This document shows positions 1 to 10,140 of a DNA stretch of 64,000 nucleotides, piece by piece (the first letter of the stretch is position 1; each line of letters begins with the position of its first letter). The stretch comes from Minisyncoccia bacterium (GTDB lineage: Bacteria > Patescibacteriota > Minisyncoccia > Phycocordibacterales > CAJBRS01): positions 65,904 through 129,903 of the forward strand of contig JBBQRF010000003.1 in assembly GCA_038215155.1 (NCBI GenBank). Reading direction: 5' to 3'. The notes under the pieces are model-generated. The model was not told where the DNA came from. It ran no database searches and saw only the letters and a program-made list of their open reading frames with translations. A program made the position numbers and the translations under genes.

Positions 1-266
1 AATAAGCGGTATTGACCACTAGCCACAAGCATCCCTTCTCGAACGGCATAGCCTTTTCCGTGGCTATGGCACTCTATTAACCTCAAATTAGGCATTTGAT
101 GGCTAAATTCTGTGACAATTTCTCGAGTTTTATCGGTTGAGCCATTATCAACGACTATTACTTCGGCCTGATATGTTTGGCGTTCCAAATACCTCTTAAT
201 AGCCAAAAGAGTCGGGCCAATTCGCTCTTCTTCGTTGAAGCAAGGAATAATTATAGATAAATACAT
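1..266 (-). CDS. GT2 glycosyltransferase (polyprenol-phosphate glycosyltransferase-like), runs off the window edge
   Basis: Hand translation from ATG at 266: MYLSIIIPCFNEEERI...VIVVDNGSTDKT...HGKGYAVREG, canonical GT2 N-terminus; adjacent to GtrA. Confidence 0.85.
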   Translation of the reverse strand, partial: MYLSIIIPCFNEEERIGPTLLAIKRYLERQTYQAEVIVVDNGSTDKTREIVTEFSHQMPNLRLIECHSHGKGYAVREGMLVASGQYRL

Positions 267-269
267 AGA

Positions 270-662
270 TTATTCCTTAAAAACCCAAAATTTAGAAAAT
301 AAAAATCCCCAAATTAAGGTGCCAAAAGTAGCGACCATAAGAGCTATAACGTCAGAAAGGCCATTTCTTATAATTAAGTAATGCAAGCCCACATTAATAA
401 ATATTCCACTACCGACTGTTGAATAAAAACGCACTGCCTCAAGCAAGCTCGGAGAGTGCCTTCGATTGAAAGTAAAAAAGCGATTAGCAAAAAAACTGAA
501 AGTAGTTGCTCCAACAAATGACAGAGCTTTAGCGCTAGACAGATGATTAGAAAAAATTAATGTCTCGCGAGTTAAGCTAAAATAAATGGCAAAATCAATG
601 AGGGTGTTGATTACTCCCACCAAACAATATTTAACGAACTGCTCAAAGCTATTTAATTTCAT
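270..662 (-). CDS. GtrA-family flippase-like membrane protein
   Basis: QFVKYCLVGVINTLIDF...FSFFANRFFTF...SKFWVF GtrA pattern; start moved to ATG 662 (longer ORF overlaps DUF192 gene). Confidence 0.85.
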   Translation of the reverse strand: MKLNSFEQFVKYCLVGVINTLIDFAIYFSLTRETLIFSNHLSSAKALSFVGATTFSFFANRFFTFNRRHSPSLLEAVRFYSTVGSGIFINVGLHYLIIRNGLSDVIALMVATFGTLIWGFLFSKFWVFKE

Positions 663-687
663 GGAGTAATCATAATATAATGTAGGA

Positions 688-1188
688 ATGCTTTTTCGCC
701 AAAAGAAATTAGTCTTAATATTAGGTATTTTTATATTACTACTTTGCTCGGCCACTGTCCTATACTTATGGCCTAAAGGACAAGGGCTTTTTCCGTCGAA
801 TTCTAATGAGGAAACTGGTATAAAAGACAATCTAAAAACCATCCAAATTTCTATCGGACATGACAACCTAATTGCCGAAGTAGCAGAGACAGAAGCTGAG
901 CGCCAACTCGGTCTAGGTAATCGCAAACAGTTAGCGGCAGATGCAGGCATGCTCTTTGTCTTTAATCATCCGGAGCGGTATGGTTTTTGGATGAAGGATA
1001 CTCTTATTCCTTTGGACATGATCTGGATAGATGAAAATAAAAAAATTGTAGATATTAAAAGTGATGTTTTACCCAGCTCCTACCCTAAAGTTTTTTACCC
1101 TCAATCAACAGCCCTTTACGTTCTTGAAACCTCCGCTTTTTTCGCTACAAAGCATGAATTGAAAATTGGAGACAAATTAATTTTTTAA
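688..1188 (+). CDS. DUF192 family protein with N-terminal membrane anchor
   Basis: AEVAET...GL..R...GMLFVF...FWMKDTLIPLDMIWID...YVLE motifs. Confidence 0.9.
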   Translation: MLFRQKKLVLILGIFILLLCSATVLYLWPKGQGLFPSNSNEETGIKDNLKTIQISIGHDNLIAEVAETEAERQLGLGNRKQLAADAGMLFVFNHPERYGFWMKDTLIPLDMIWIDENKKIVDIKSDVLPSSYPKVFYPQSTALYVLETSAFFATKHELKIGDKLIF

Positions 1189-1201
1189 AATAGCATCATA
1201 A

Positions 1202-1217
1202 ATACCCCATATTTAGA
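1202..1217. promoter_or_regulatory. Possible NrdR box
   Basis: ATACCCCATATTTAGA resembles the acaCwAtATaTwG NrdR consensus and lies upstream of nrdA; only one clear copy. Confidence 0.35.
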
Positions 1218-1352
1218 CGCTTTTTTTAATGGGCATTTTACATCTCGATTTTTTTATTTTGATATACCGAAAGATGAGGGAATAGACTAGTTTTTGAATG
1301 AAAGGCGGGGTAAAATTATATGAAAGATTAATAAATTAATTCTCAAGAGTTC

Positions 1353-4037
1353 ATGAGCATTTCAATAACCAAGCATGACGGCACAAAAGAGCCATTCAAT
1401 GCCGATCAAATTAATCGTTCCATTGAACGCGCCTGCCAAGGACTAATGGATCCGATCGCGATGGTTACTCAGATTGCTACAGAAACTCGGCTAACACTAT
1501 ACGACGGCATTACTACTAAAGAATTAGATCAGGCCACCATTAATGCCTCTCTCCAAAATGTTAAAGATGATCCTGCCTATGACAAAGTAGCCACTCGCAT
1601 CCTCTTGAAAACCATGTATCGGGAAGTGCTAGGGGATTATGATAAGGACGACCAGACTGACCTAATTAAAAAGCACCGAGAAGGTTTTATTTCTTTTATA
1701 AAGAAAGGTGTAGAAGATGGGAAATTAGATTCTCGAATGGAAGAGAAATTTAATCTACGTGACTTAGCTAAGACGTTAGATATAGAAAGAGATGAACTAT
1801 TTCAATTTGCCGGACTCTCCACCTTCCTTAATCGATATGCTCTGAAAAATTTGGATCAAAATCCGCGAGAGACTCCTCAGTATTTTTTCATGCGCGTGGC
1901 CATGGGACTTTCTTATAATGAATCAAAGCCTACCGAGTGGGCTAAAAAGTTTTATAACAAGATGAGTAAGTTTGAATATATTGGTGGTGGTTCAACCAAT
2001 CTTGGCGCTGGTACTATGAAGCCAGCACTTTCAAATTGCTTTCTGTTAGAAGTACAGGACGACATGTCTCACATTGCTAAGAGCGTCTCGGACGTCATGA
2101 TGCTCTCTAAAGCGTCCGGAGGGCTTGGAGTCTCGGTCAGTAAATTGCGCGCCGCTGGCTCTCCACTGAAATCTAATAATGGAGTCTCAACCGGCGCCAC
2201 TCCCTTCGCTAAAATCATGGATACCGCCATCAGGGCTATTCAGAGAGGAGGCAAGAAAAAAGGGGCTTTGTGTTTTTATATGGAGAACTGGCATATAGAT
2301 TTTCCGGAATTTATAGATTGGAAACATAATGCTGGGGACGACTATATGAGAATGAGAACGGCTAACACCGCAGCTTATATTTCCGATGAATTCATGAAGA
2401 GGGTAAAGAGTAATGAGGCGTGGTATATGTTTGATCCGGCCGAAACTGGGGATTTAAATGAGTTATACGGACAAGCTTTTAGTAAGCGCTATGCTGAATA
2501 TGTAGAGATGGCCAATCAGGGCAAGCTTCGCATGGCCAAAAAAATGCCAGCCATGGAACTTTATCGAAAAATGCTCGTCTCTCTTCAAACGACTGGTCAC
2601 CCATGGCAGGTGTGGAAAGACACTATTAATGTACGTGCATTAAATAACAATACTGGAACCATTCACATGTCTAATCTTTGTACTGAAATTTGTTTACCTC
2701 AGGATAAGGATAATATTGCCGTCTGTAATCTGGCCTCCCTAAACCTCGCCACTCATGTAATAAATAAAGAAGTCAATTGGGGCAAACTAGAAGAATCAGT
2801 TCGTCTCGCCATCCGCCAGCTTGATAACTTAATTGACATCAACATTTTGCCAGTGGCAGAAGCGGTAAAAGCTGATCAGGAAAATCGAGCGGTTGGGCTC
2901 GGAGTAATGGGTTTTGCTGACGCTTTAGAAAAAATGGGTCTCGCATATGACAGTGAGCCAGCCTATGATTTTGCTGATCGCATTTTTGAATTTATTAGTT
3001 ACATGGCCATTGACGAGAGTGCTCGACTGGCTGAAGTGCGTGGCCCGTACAAAAACTTTAAAGGTTCGGAATGGTCAAAAGGTCATGTTCCTTTCGATAC
3101 TATTAAGAAAATTGAAATTGAGCGTGGTTTTCCAGTCACGGTAACTTTAGAAAGTAAACACAAGGGATTGAATTGGGATCTTCTTAGAGAAAAAGTAAAG
3201 AAGGGTATTAGGAATGCCACCTTAATGGCCATTGCTCCAAATGCAAACATTGGATTAATTGCAGCCACTACACCTGGAGTAGATCCACGCTTTGCACAGG
3301 TCTTTTCTCGCAATAAGATTTCTGGAAAATATTTAGACATTAATCACAACCTAGTAAGAGATTTGAAGAATCTGGGTGTCTGGGAGAAAGTAAAAGAGCT
3401 GATTATTGAATATCAAGGAGATATTTCCGAAATTGCCGAAATCCCAGAACACATTAAAGCCATCTACAAGACCTCTTTCACTACTTCACCATTAGGTTTC
3501 ATTGAAGTAGTGGCCCGTGCTCAAAAATGGATGGACCAGGCCATTTCCAGAAATATGTATCTGCGCACTCGAGACATGGATGAGACTATGAAGATTTACA
3601 ATACTGCCTGGGAGAAGGGCCTAAAAAGCACCTACTATCTTCACATGGAGCCGCGACATACTGCCGAGCAGAGTACCGTTACTGTAAATAAGGCTCAGAA
3701 AATGGGCAGGGTAGGCTTCGGTGGTTTAAGCTCAAAGCGAGCAGTAAGTGGTGAGCCAGTAATAGCACTTGATGAATCAGAGCTATTAGCAGACAGCGCG
3801 CCGGTGACGATGATAGTAGAGCCAATAGTCAGTCCGATTAAGGAGTCAGAGATTCTAGAGAAAGTAGCGGTGCTTAAGGAAATTCAAGTAGAAGTTAATC
3901 TTTTGGAAGCAACAGAAGCTAATGTGCCCCCTGTTAATTCTGTTGAAGAGAAGCCAAAACCGAAAGTAAGATTTATTGGAGATAAAACTTGTCCTAGCGA
4001 TCCCGCCGATTTGGCTCAGTGTGATAGCTGTCAATAA
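1353..4037 (+). CDS. nrdA: Class I ribonucleotide reductase alpha subunit with ATP cone
   Basis: ITKHDGTKEPF ATP cone, SNCFL, SNLCTEI, CNLASLN, KSTYY, C-terminal CDSC. Confidence 0.95.
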   Translation: MSISITKHDGTKEPFNADQINRSIERACQGLMDPIAMVTQIATETRLTLYDGITTKELDQATINASLQNVKDDPAYDKVATRILLKTMYREVLGDYDKDDQTDLIKKHREGFISFIKKGVEDGKLDSRMEEKFNLRDLAKTLDIERDELFQFAGLSTFLNRYALKNLDQNPRETPQYFFMRVAMGLSYNESKPTEWAKKFYNKMSKFEYIGGGSTNLGAGTMKPALSNCFLLEVQDDMSHIAKSVSDVMMLSKASGGLGVSVSKLRAAGSPLKSNNGVSTGATPFAKIMDTAIRAIQRGGKKKGALCFYMENWHIDFPEFIDWKHNAGDDYMRMRTANTAAYISDEFMKRVKSNEAWYMFDPAETGDLNELYGQAFSKRYAEYVEMANQGKLRMAKKMPAMELYRKMLVSLQTTGHPWQVWKDTINVRALNNNTGTIHMSNLCTEICLPQDKDNIAVCNLASLNLATHVINKEVNWGKLEESVRLAIRQLDNLIDINILPVAEAVKADQENRAVGLGVMGFADALEKMGLAYDSEPAYDFADRIFEFISYMAIDESARLAEVRGPYKNFKGSEWSKGHVPFDTIKKIEIERGFPVTVTLESKHKGLNWDLLREKVKKGIRNATLMAIAPNANIGLIAATTPGVDPRFAQVFSRNKISGKYLDINHNLVRDLKNLGVWEKVKELIIEYQGDISEIAEIPEHIKAIYKTSFTTSPLGFIEVVARAQKWMDQAISRNMYLRTRDMDETMKIYNTAWEKGLKSTYYLHMEPRHTAEQSTVTVNKAQKMGRVGFGGLSSKRAVSGEPVIALDESELLADSAPVTMIVEPIVSPIKESEILEKVAVLKEIQVEVNLLEATEANVPPVNSVEEKPKPKVRFIGDKTCPSDPADLAQCDSCQ

Positions 4038-4061
4038 GAATTTAATAATTTGTAAATAAAA

Positions 4062-4077
4062 TCGCGGCAGGCCGCGA
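4062..4077. terminator. Short GC hairpin between convergent genes
   Basis: TCGCGGC-AG-GCCGCGA with an A-run on the left (U-tail on minus strand). Confidence 0.45.
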
Positions 4078-4080
4078 CAA

Positions 4081-4491
4081 CTAATTCTCAACAAAAGGAC
4101 CTTTGAGATTACAATCTTTTAGAACTGTGATTAAAGCGTTCACTCCTGTTTTACCAGTATTTCGGAATTTAAGGAGCCTATTCTTGTCGAAAGCCAAAAG
4201 ATCTTTGACGGTCTCAATATGATCCCTATTATGCGAAGCATGGAGTGGATGGTCGGGACTACTGAGGAAATTGACGAAAAGATTAATCATCCGGCTGCGG
4301 CAGTGGGGGACTAACTCGGGCGGCCAATATTTTTTAATAAATTCTGGAACAGATAGGTGCAGAATTCCTTTAGGCATAACTCTTATCTCAATCAACACCT
4401 CCTCCCCTCGGGAAAGAAGTTGATTAGGTAACTTCTTCAGAGCTCTATTAAAGAGCCTCTGTGCTTCATCATGAACAGTCTTTTTAGTCAT
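4081..4491 (-). CDS. Hypothetical protein with RNA polymerase alpha C-terminal-domain-like (HhH) region
   Basis: R.IN.F...IETVKDLLAFDKNRLLKFRNTGKTGVNALITVLKDCNL resembles alpha-CTD; GGGGGAAGA before ATG 4491. Confidence 0.6.
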   Translation of the reverse strand: MTKKTVHDEAQRLFNRALKKLPNQLLSRGEEVLIEIRVMPKGILHLSVPEFIKKYWPPELVPHCRSRMINLFVNFLSSPDHPLHASHNRDHIETVKDLLAFDKNRLLKFRNTGKTGVNALITVLKDCNLKGPFVEN

Positions 4492-4578
4492 TCTTCCCCC
4501 AACATACAAGAGATTTTATAGAAGTCAATACAAAAAATACTTCCATAGTAGAACTCTTTCCATTACAATAGATTAATT

Positions 4579-5577
4579 ATGCCACTCATAGGAAAAGCTT
4601 CCCCTGAAGATATGAATCTCCACCCACTGCGATATCAGTGGGCATATGATCTATATAATCAAGCAGTGAGAAATACCTGGTTTCCTCATGAAATTGCTTT
4701 GAAAGAAGATCTAGATGATTGGGAGAAAATGACAGAAGACGAAAGACACGCAGTGAAATTTTTAATGGCCTTTTTCAATCCGGCCGAATTGATTGTTAAT
4801 CGTTCTATTGCCCTGGGCATCTATCCTTACTTAAAAGCCCCAGAAGCCCATCTTTATTTGGCCAAGGTAATGTGGGAAGAAGCCAATCATTGCGTGGCTT
4901 TTGAATATGTCTTGGAGACCTTTCCCATTGATCGGGAAAAGATTTTTGGCATTCACTTAGAAACTCCATCAATGGTAGCTAAAGAAGAATTTATTTTTCG
5001 GTATTTAAAAAGAATGACGGAAGAGAATCTAGACATTGAGACGGTAGAAGGGAAGAAAGATTTTATTCGAAATTTAGTAGCTACTAATATTGTTATGGAA
5101 GGCACTTGGTTTTATTCTGGATTTATGGTGGCTCTTTCATTTCGACAACGCAATCAATTACGAAATTTCGGTTCAATGATTAATTGGGTTTTGCGGGACG
5201 AGTCACTCCATTTAAAATTTGGTATTAATCTAGTACATACCGTCTTGGAGGAAAACGCAGATTTAGTTAATGAAGAATTTGCTAATGAAATTCGCAATAT
5301 CGTCATCGAAGGAGTAGACAAGGAGGTGGCATATAATAAGGACCTCTTTCCGAATGGTATTCTTGGTTTAAACGCTGATTATGTCAATCAGTACGTTCAA
5401 TATGTTGCTGATAGAAGATTAGAAGAGTTGGGTTTAGAAAAGCACTACAACGTCACCAATCCTGCCAAGTGGATGAGCACTGCAACAGACGTCTTCGAAC
5501 TGGTTAATTTTTTTGAGGCTCAAAATACTAGCTACGAAGTGGATGTGCAAGCGCATTCCGATAAAAAAGATAAGTAG
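4579..5577 (+). CDS. nrdB: Ribonucleotide reductase beta subunit, class Ic (R2c)-type signature
   Basis: FFNPAE, EEANHCVAF, EGTWFYSGF, RDESLH, NFFE...Y motifs. Confidence 0.95.
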   Translation: MPLIGKASPEDMNLHPLRYQWAYDLYNQAVRNTWFPHEIALKEDLDDWEKMTEDERHAVKFLMAFFNPAELIVNRSIALGIYPYLKAPEAHLYLAKVMWEEANHCVAFEYVLETFPIDREKIFGIHLETPSMVAKEEFIFRYLKRMTEENLDIETVEGKKDFIRNLVATNIVMEGTWFYSGFMVALSFRQRNQLRNFGSMINWVLRDESLHLKFGINLVHTVLEENADLVNEEFANEIRNIVIEGVDKEVAYNKDLFPNGILGLNADYVNQYVQYVADRRLEELGLEKHYNVTNPAKWMSTATDVFELVNFFEAQNTSYEVDVQAHSDKKDK

Positions 5578-5607
5578 CAAAAACCCCGCCGTTAGGCGGG
5601 GTTTTTG
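5578..5607. terminator. Bidirectional intrinsic terminator between nrdB and rnpB
   Basis: CAAAAACCCCGCC-GTTA-GGCGGGGTTTTTG perfect inverted repeat. Confidence 0.85.
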
Positions 5608-5614
5608 ATTTGTT

Positions 5615-5960
5615 CTCTTTGAATCCGTAAGCCGAATTCTGTTTTAGGCAATTATTTATCTGTCCTCTCTGTTGCCAGAGGGATCAAGCGGCACCTCCTT
5701 CGAATATTATTCTCAGGATACGGCCTTGCACAGGAGTAAGGATTTTGCCGTTTCACTTCAATGTTGCCATTGAATTCATCCCGAACCCTTTTGATTTAAT
5801 CAAAAGGGTTCGGGATGCCTCACGCTTTCGCGCTCGGCGTCACTGCTCGCACCTCTTGGATTGCTCCAGACGGGTATTACCCGCTACTTTTTCAATTTAA
5901 TGCTCTGTGTTCGGACTTTCCTCCCTATTTTAAAATAGAGCAATTGCTCAATTCAAAGAG
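5615..5960 (-). ncRNA. rnpB: RNase P RNA
   Basis: Minus strand has GAGGAAAGTCC near the 5' end, ACAGAATTCGGCTTAC near the 3' end, and P1 CTCTTTGAA/TTCAAAGAG. Confidence 0.95.
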
Positions 5961-6050
5961 GCTGAAAGTATAATATAAGAGCGTTGCCAGAGCAAGTAGG
6001 AGACGATATAATATTGATACATTTTTAATCGTTCCTTATCTTATTTTCAT

Positions 6051-8426
6051 ATGGAAAAAATCACTATTGATGTTCAGAAATCGCACGGTCGAAACCGTCT
6101 TGAAAGCACAGTATATTTCTTATTAATTTCTCTAGTCTTTCTTCTACCACTATTCTTCATACCCTCTATTCTGGTATCTTTTGCCTACAGCAAGATGATT
6201 CTCTTATTCCTATTAATACTAGTGCCTCTTTTTCTGTGGGCAATACTCTCTTTTAAGTCAGGTCACTTGGTCATACCTTTTAACTGGGTCTCACTATCAG
6301 CCGCTCTTATTCCATTGGCTTTTCTTCTATCCTCTATTTTTTCACCCAATAAATCCCTATCATTAATTGGTAGTGGTTTTGAGCTTGGAACTTTCAGTAC
6401 GATCTTTTTAATGTTTGTTTTAATGTTTTTAGTTTCAACTTTCATTCGTACCAAGGAAAAAATCTTTTATTGCTACATGTGGTTTGGGGGAGCATTTCTA
6501 GTCTTAGCACTTTATCAAATTATGCACCTGTTTCTCGGGCCGAATTCCTGGCTATCATTTAAGTATTTCCTAGACGTTACTGCTAACCCTGTTGGAAAGT
6601 GGAATGATTTAGGAGTTTTTACTGGATCAGCAGTACTACTTTCTTTAATTAGCCTCGAGCTATTGGTGCTCAGTAAAGGTTTTAAAATTTTTTCTTACGC
6701 CGTATTAATAACTGGTCTATTTATTCTTGCTATTACCAACTTTACCGTAATTTGGAATACTCCCATTACTTTAGTGACAATTATTGGAGTTTTTGCCTTA
6801 ATATTTTTTGTCTATTTCATTTCTTCAAATCAAGGAGAAGTAAAAGGGGAGACTCGGTCAATGAGTCGGCGTATTCCTGTTCCTTCTTTAGTTGTATTAG
6901 TTTTTTCGGTGATATTTACATTGGCAGTTGGTCCATTATCAAATTACCTAAACAATCTATTTCATATAAATATCAGTGATGTGGAACCTACCTGGCAGTC
7001 TACTCTCGAAGTAGCAAAGGGAGCTCTAATTCATAATCCAATTACTGGTGTAGGCCCTAATCGCTTTGATAGTCAGTGGTTCCTATCAAAACCCGACGGA
7101 GTAAATCAGACTGATTTCTGGAGCACTGATTTTAATTATGGAGTTGGTTTAATTCCTACATTCATAGTGACAACAGGGCTCTTAGGTATTTTAGCTTGGC
7201 TTGCCTTTCTAGGGTTATTTGCCTATTTAGGAGTGAGAGCCATGTTCTCAGGAATTAAGGATCGTTTCTCCCTTTATCTAATGGTCTCCTCCTTTTTCGT
7301 AGCCCTTTATCTCTGGATTATCCATATTATATATGTGCCAAGTTTAGTAACTCTAACTATGGCCTTTATTTTCACTGGCCTATTTTTCAGTTCACTTTTC
7401 CGAGAAGGGCTATTGCGTGAAAAATCAATTGCTTATGTCCAGGATTCGCGAAAAGGCTTTGCCGTCATACTTCTATTGGTAGTAGTTATTGTAGGTATAT
7501 TGACCTGGGGCTACTTTCTCTCCAACAAGGTCTTGGCTTCCATTTACGCTAATAAAGGATTGAGCGCCTTGAATAGAGGTCAAATAGATAAAGCAGAAGC
7601 GAACACAGTTAAAGCTGGTGCTTTAGATAAAAACCCAGCATATTATCGATTATTAGCTCAAATTGAACTTAATCGCCTGAACGCCCTTTTAAATCAAGGA
7701 AATTTGACAGCCGCTCTTGTGCAAACCCAATTCACACCGATTTTAAACAATGCCGTTTCTGCTGCCACCGTTGCTACACAATTAGACTCAACAGATTTTC
7801 ATAATTGGATGGCCTTAGGTTCGGTTTATCAAAGCGTTGTTCCATTAGGTATAAAGGATGCGGACACAGGCGCAGAAAACGCTTACAAGGAAGCTATTAA
7901 GCGCGATCCAAAAGATCCAGATATTTACCTGGCGCTTGCTCAATTAGCTATCGCCAAAAAAGATGCATCAAAAGCTAAAGAATATATTACCGACGCTCTG
8001 AAATTAAAGAATAATTATCTTCAAGCTATTTATCTTCTGGCTCAAGTTCAATTAGCAGAAGGGGATTCCAATGCAGCAGTCCAATCAATGGCAGCAGCGG
8101 CTGTAGTGGCTCCTAATAATCCGAATGTTTATTATCAGCTAGGCCTTCTTGAATACGGTTTAGGAAATTGGAGTGATGCCGCTGCTGCCTTTACTCAAGC
8201 CATAACCCTGGTGCCTTCTTATGCGGACGCTAAATATTATCTCGGACTGAGTCTTTATAAGGGAGGGCAAGTTCCGGCGGCTCTTGTTCAGTTCCAAGAA
8301 TTATTGAAAACTAACCCTAGCAATGCAACTCTTTCCACAATTGTGAATAATCTAGAAGCCGGTCGTGATCCACTAAGCGGATTGGGTGGATCGGCTGCCA
8401 CCACTACTAAAAAGACTACTCGTTAG
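6051..8426 (+). CDS. Polytopic membrane protein (O-antigen ligase/Wzy_C-like) with C-terminal TPR repeats
   Basis: About 12 TM segments, NPITGVGPNRF and TTGLLGILAWL motifs, TPR helices in the last 250 aa. Confidence 0.75.
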   Translation: MEKITIDVQKSHGRNRLESTVYFLLISLVFLLPLFFIPSILVSFAYSKMILLFLLILVPLFLWAILSFKSGHLVIPFNWVSLSAALIPLAFLLSSIFSPNKSLSLIGSGFELGTFSTIFLMFVLMFLVSTFIRTKEKIFYCYMWFGGAFLVLALYQIMHLFLGPNSWLSFKYFLDVTANPVGKWNDLGVFTGSAVLLSLISLELLVLSKGFKIFSYAVLITGLFILAITNFTVIWNTPITLVTIIGVFALIFFVYFISSNQGEVKGETRSMSRRIPVPSLVVLVFSVIFTLAVGPLSNYLNNLFHINISDVEPTWQSTLEVAKGALIHNPITGVGPNRFDSQWFLSKPDGVNQTDFWSTDFNYGVGLIPTFIVTTGLLGILAWLAFLGLFAYLGVRAMFSGIKDRFSLYLMVSSFFVALYLWIIHIIYVPSLVTLTMAFIFTGLFFSSLFREGLLREKSIAYVQDSRKGFAVILLLVVVIVGILTWGYFLSNKVLASIYANKGLSALNRGQIDKAEANTVKAGALDKNPAYYRLLAQIELNRLNALLNQGNLTAALVQTQFTPILNNAVSAATVATQLDSTDFHNWMALGSVYQSVVPLGIKDADTGAENAYKEAIKRDPKDPDIYLALAQLAIAKKDASKAKEYITDALKLKNNYLQAIYLLAQVQLAEGDSNAAVQSMAAAAVVAPNNPNVYYQLGLLEYGLGNWSDAAAAFTQAITLVPSYADAKYYLGLSLYKGGQVPAALVQFQELLKTNPSNATLSTIVNNLEAGRDPLSGLGGSAATTTKKTTR

Positions 8427-8437
8427 TCTAAGTAGTT

Positions 8438-10126
8438 ATGGTCAGAAAGCTACTCAATATATTTAATAAAGAAATAGGCGGCGTTCATGAGGCCGCCTAT
8501 CTTCTTGGTTTTTTTGCCATTCTTTCTCAGATTCTAGCCCTGGTAAGAGATCGTTTACTGGCTTACTATTTCGGTGCAAGTCAAACTCTGGATATATATT
8601 ATGCGGCATTTAGAATTCCGGATTTTATTTTTGCTTCGATTGCCTCCCTTGTTTCTATTTCAGTTCTCATTCCATTTCTAGTAGAAAGATTGGATCGAGA
8701 CAAAGAAGACTCTAAGGAATTTTTAGATACTATTTTTACCGCATTCTTCGGAGTAATGGTAATCGTCTGTCTTGTAGCCTTCTTTCTTATTCCTTATCTT
8801 TTGAAATGGATTTTACCGGCGCTTGCCAATGGTCCTGATCGTGATGAATTAATCGATCTTTCCCGTATCTTGCTTCTCTCACCGATCTTTCTTGGTATCT
8901 CAAACTTCTTTGGCTCCATTACCCAGAGCTACCGACGGTTCTTTCTATACGCCACAAGCCCAATTATCTATAATGCAGCAATTATTTTTGGTATTTTAGT
9001 TTTGCGTCCTCACTATGGTCTCCGAGGTATTGTCTTTGGGGTAGTGATCGGGGCTATCCTCCATTTCTCCATTCAAATACCTTTCGTTCGCAGTCAGAAG
9101 ATGTTTCCACGAATTATCTCTCGGCTCGATTGGAAAAAAGTAAAACAAGTAATCTTTTTGTCTCTACCACGCACCCTTGCGCTCTCTGCCGACAGTATTT
9201 CTCTGCTTTGTGTTACTGCTTTTGCCGGTTTAATGGCCACGGGCTCTATCGCCATTTTTAATTTTGCCTTAAACCTTCAATCAGTACCTTTAGCAATTGT
9301 AGGCACAAGTTATACTCTGGCTGCTTTTCCTACTTTAGCCAAACTATATTCCCGTGGTGAAAAGAATGCTTTTGTTGAACAAGTTGTCACCGCAGCTCGG
9401 CATATTATTTTTCTCTCCATTCCTGTTACTTCACTTTTTATTGTTTTGCGTGCTCAAATTGTCCGTACCATTTTGGGAGTGGGACATTTTAGTTGGGATA
9501 ATACGCGACTAGTAGCGGCCGCTCTTTCAATGTTTACGATTTCTCTATTTGCTCAAGGCCTGACTTTGTTATTTGTAAGGGGATATTATGCGGCAGGGAA
9601 TACTAAGAAGCCACTAATCATTAACATTGCCACCACTATTGGCGACATTCTATTCCCGTATTTACTCTGGCAGGCCTTCACACATTTTCTGGTTTTTCGG
9701 TATTTTATAGAAAGTTTGTTTAAAGTCAGTGATGTAGCGGGGACTGAAGTATTAATGCTTCCGCTAGGTTATTCTTTAGCTGTGCTCTTAAATGTACTGG
9801 TATTCTTCATTTGTTTTGAGAGAGATTTCAAGAATGTGGCCGAGAAACTTTGGCGGACTTTCCATCAAAGTTTCTCGGCCGCCATACTGATGGGTTTTGT
9901 TGCTTACATTTTTCTAAATATTTTTGACAAATTTTTTGATATCAATACCACTCCAGGCATCTTTCTGCAGGGATTTTGCTCAGGAATTCTCGGTATTCTC
10001 TTTGGTCTCCTAATTCTAAAACTGATGAATAATGAAGAGATTAAAGAGATTTGGCAGACACTTCATAAGCGAATTTTTAGACCTAAGGGTGTAGTAGTTT
10101 CTGAGCAGACTAAGATTGAAGTTTAA
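8438..10126 (+). CDS. murJ: Lipid II flippase MurJ
   Basis: LVRDRLLAYYFG...DIYYAAFRIPDFIF; AFPTLA motif. Confidence 0.9.
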   Translation: MVRKLLNIFNKEIGGVHEAAYLLGFFAILSQILALVRDRLLAYYFGASQTLDIYYAAFRIPDFIFASIASLVSISVLIPFLVERLDRDKEDSKEFLDTIFTAFFGVMVIVCLVAFFLIPYLLKWILPALANGPDRDELIDLSRILLLSPIFLGISNFFGSITQSYRRFFLYATSPIIYNAAIIFGILVLRPHYGLRGIVFGVVIGAILHFSIQIPFVRSQKMFPRIISRLDWKKVKQVIFLSLPRTLALSADSISLLCVTAFAGLMATGSIAIFNFALNLQSVPLAIVGTSYTLAAFPTLAKLYSRGEKNAFVEQVVTAARHIIFLSIPVTSLFIVLRAQIVRTILGVGHFSWDNTRLVAAALSMFTISLFAQGLTLLFVRGYYAAGNTKKPLIINIATTIGDILFPYLLWQAFTHFLVFRYFIESLFKVSDVAGTEVLMLPLGYSLAVLLNVLVFFICFERDFKNVAEKLWRTFHQSFSAAILMGFVAYIFLNIFDKFFDINTTPGIFLQGFCSGILGILFGLLILKLMNNEEIKEIWQTLHKRIFRPKGVVVSEQTKIEV

Positions 10127-10140
10127 GGTAGTATGGGATC

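Noticed and set aside
663-950. N-terminal extension of the 226-aa GtrA ORF
   Set aside because: Antisense to the DUF192 gene; GtrA similarity starts at Met 662.
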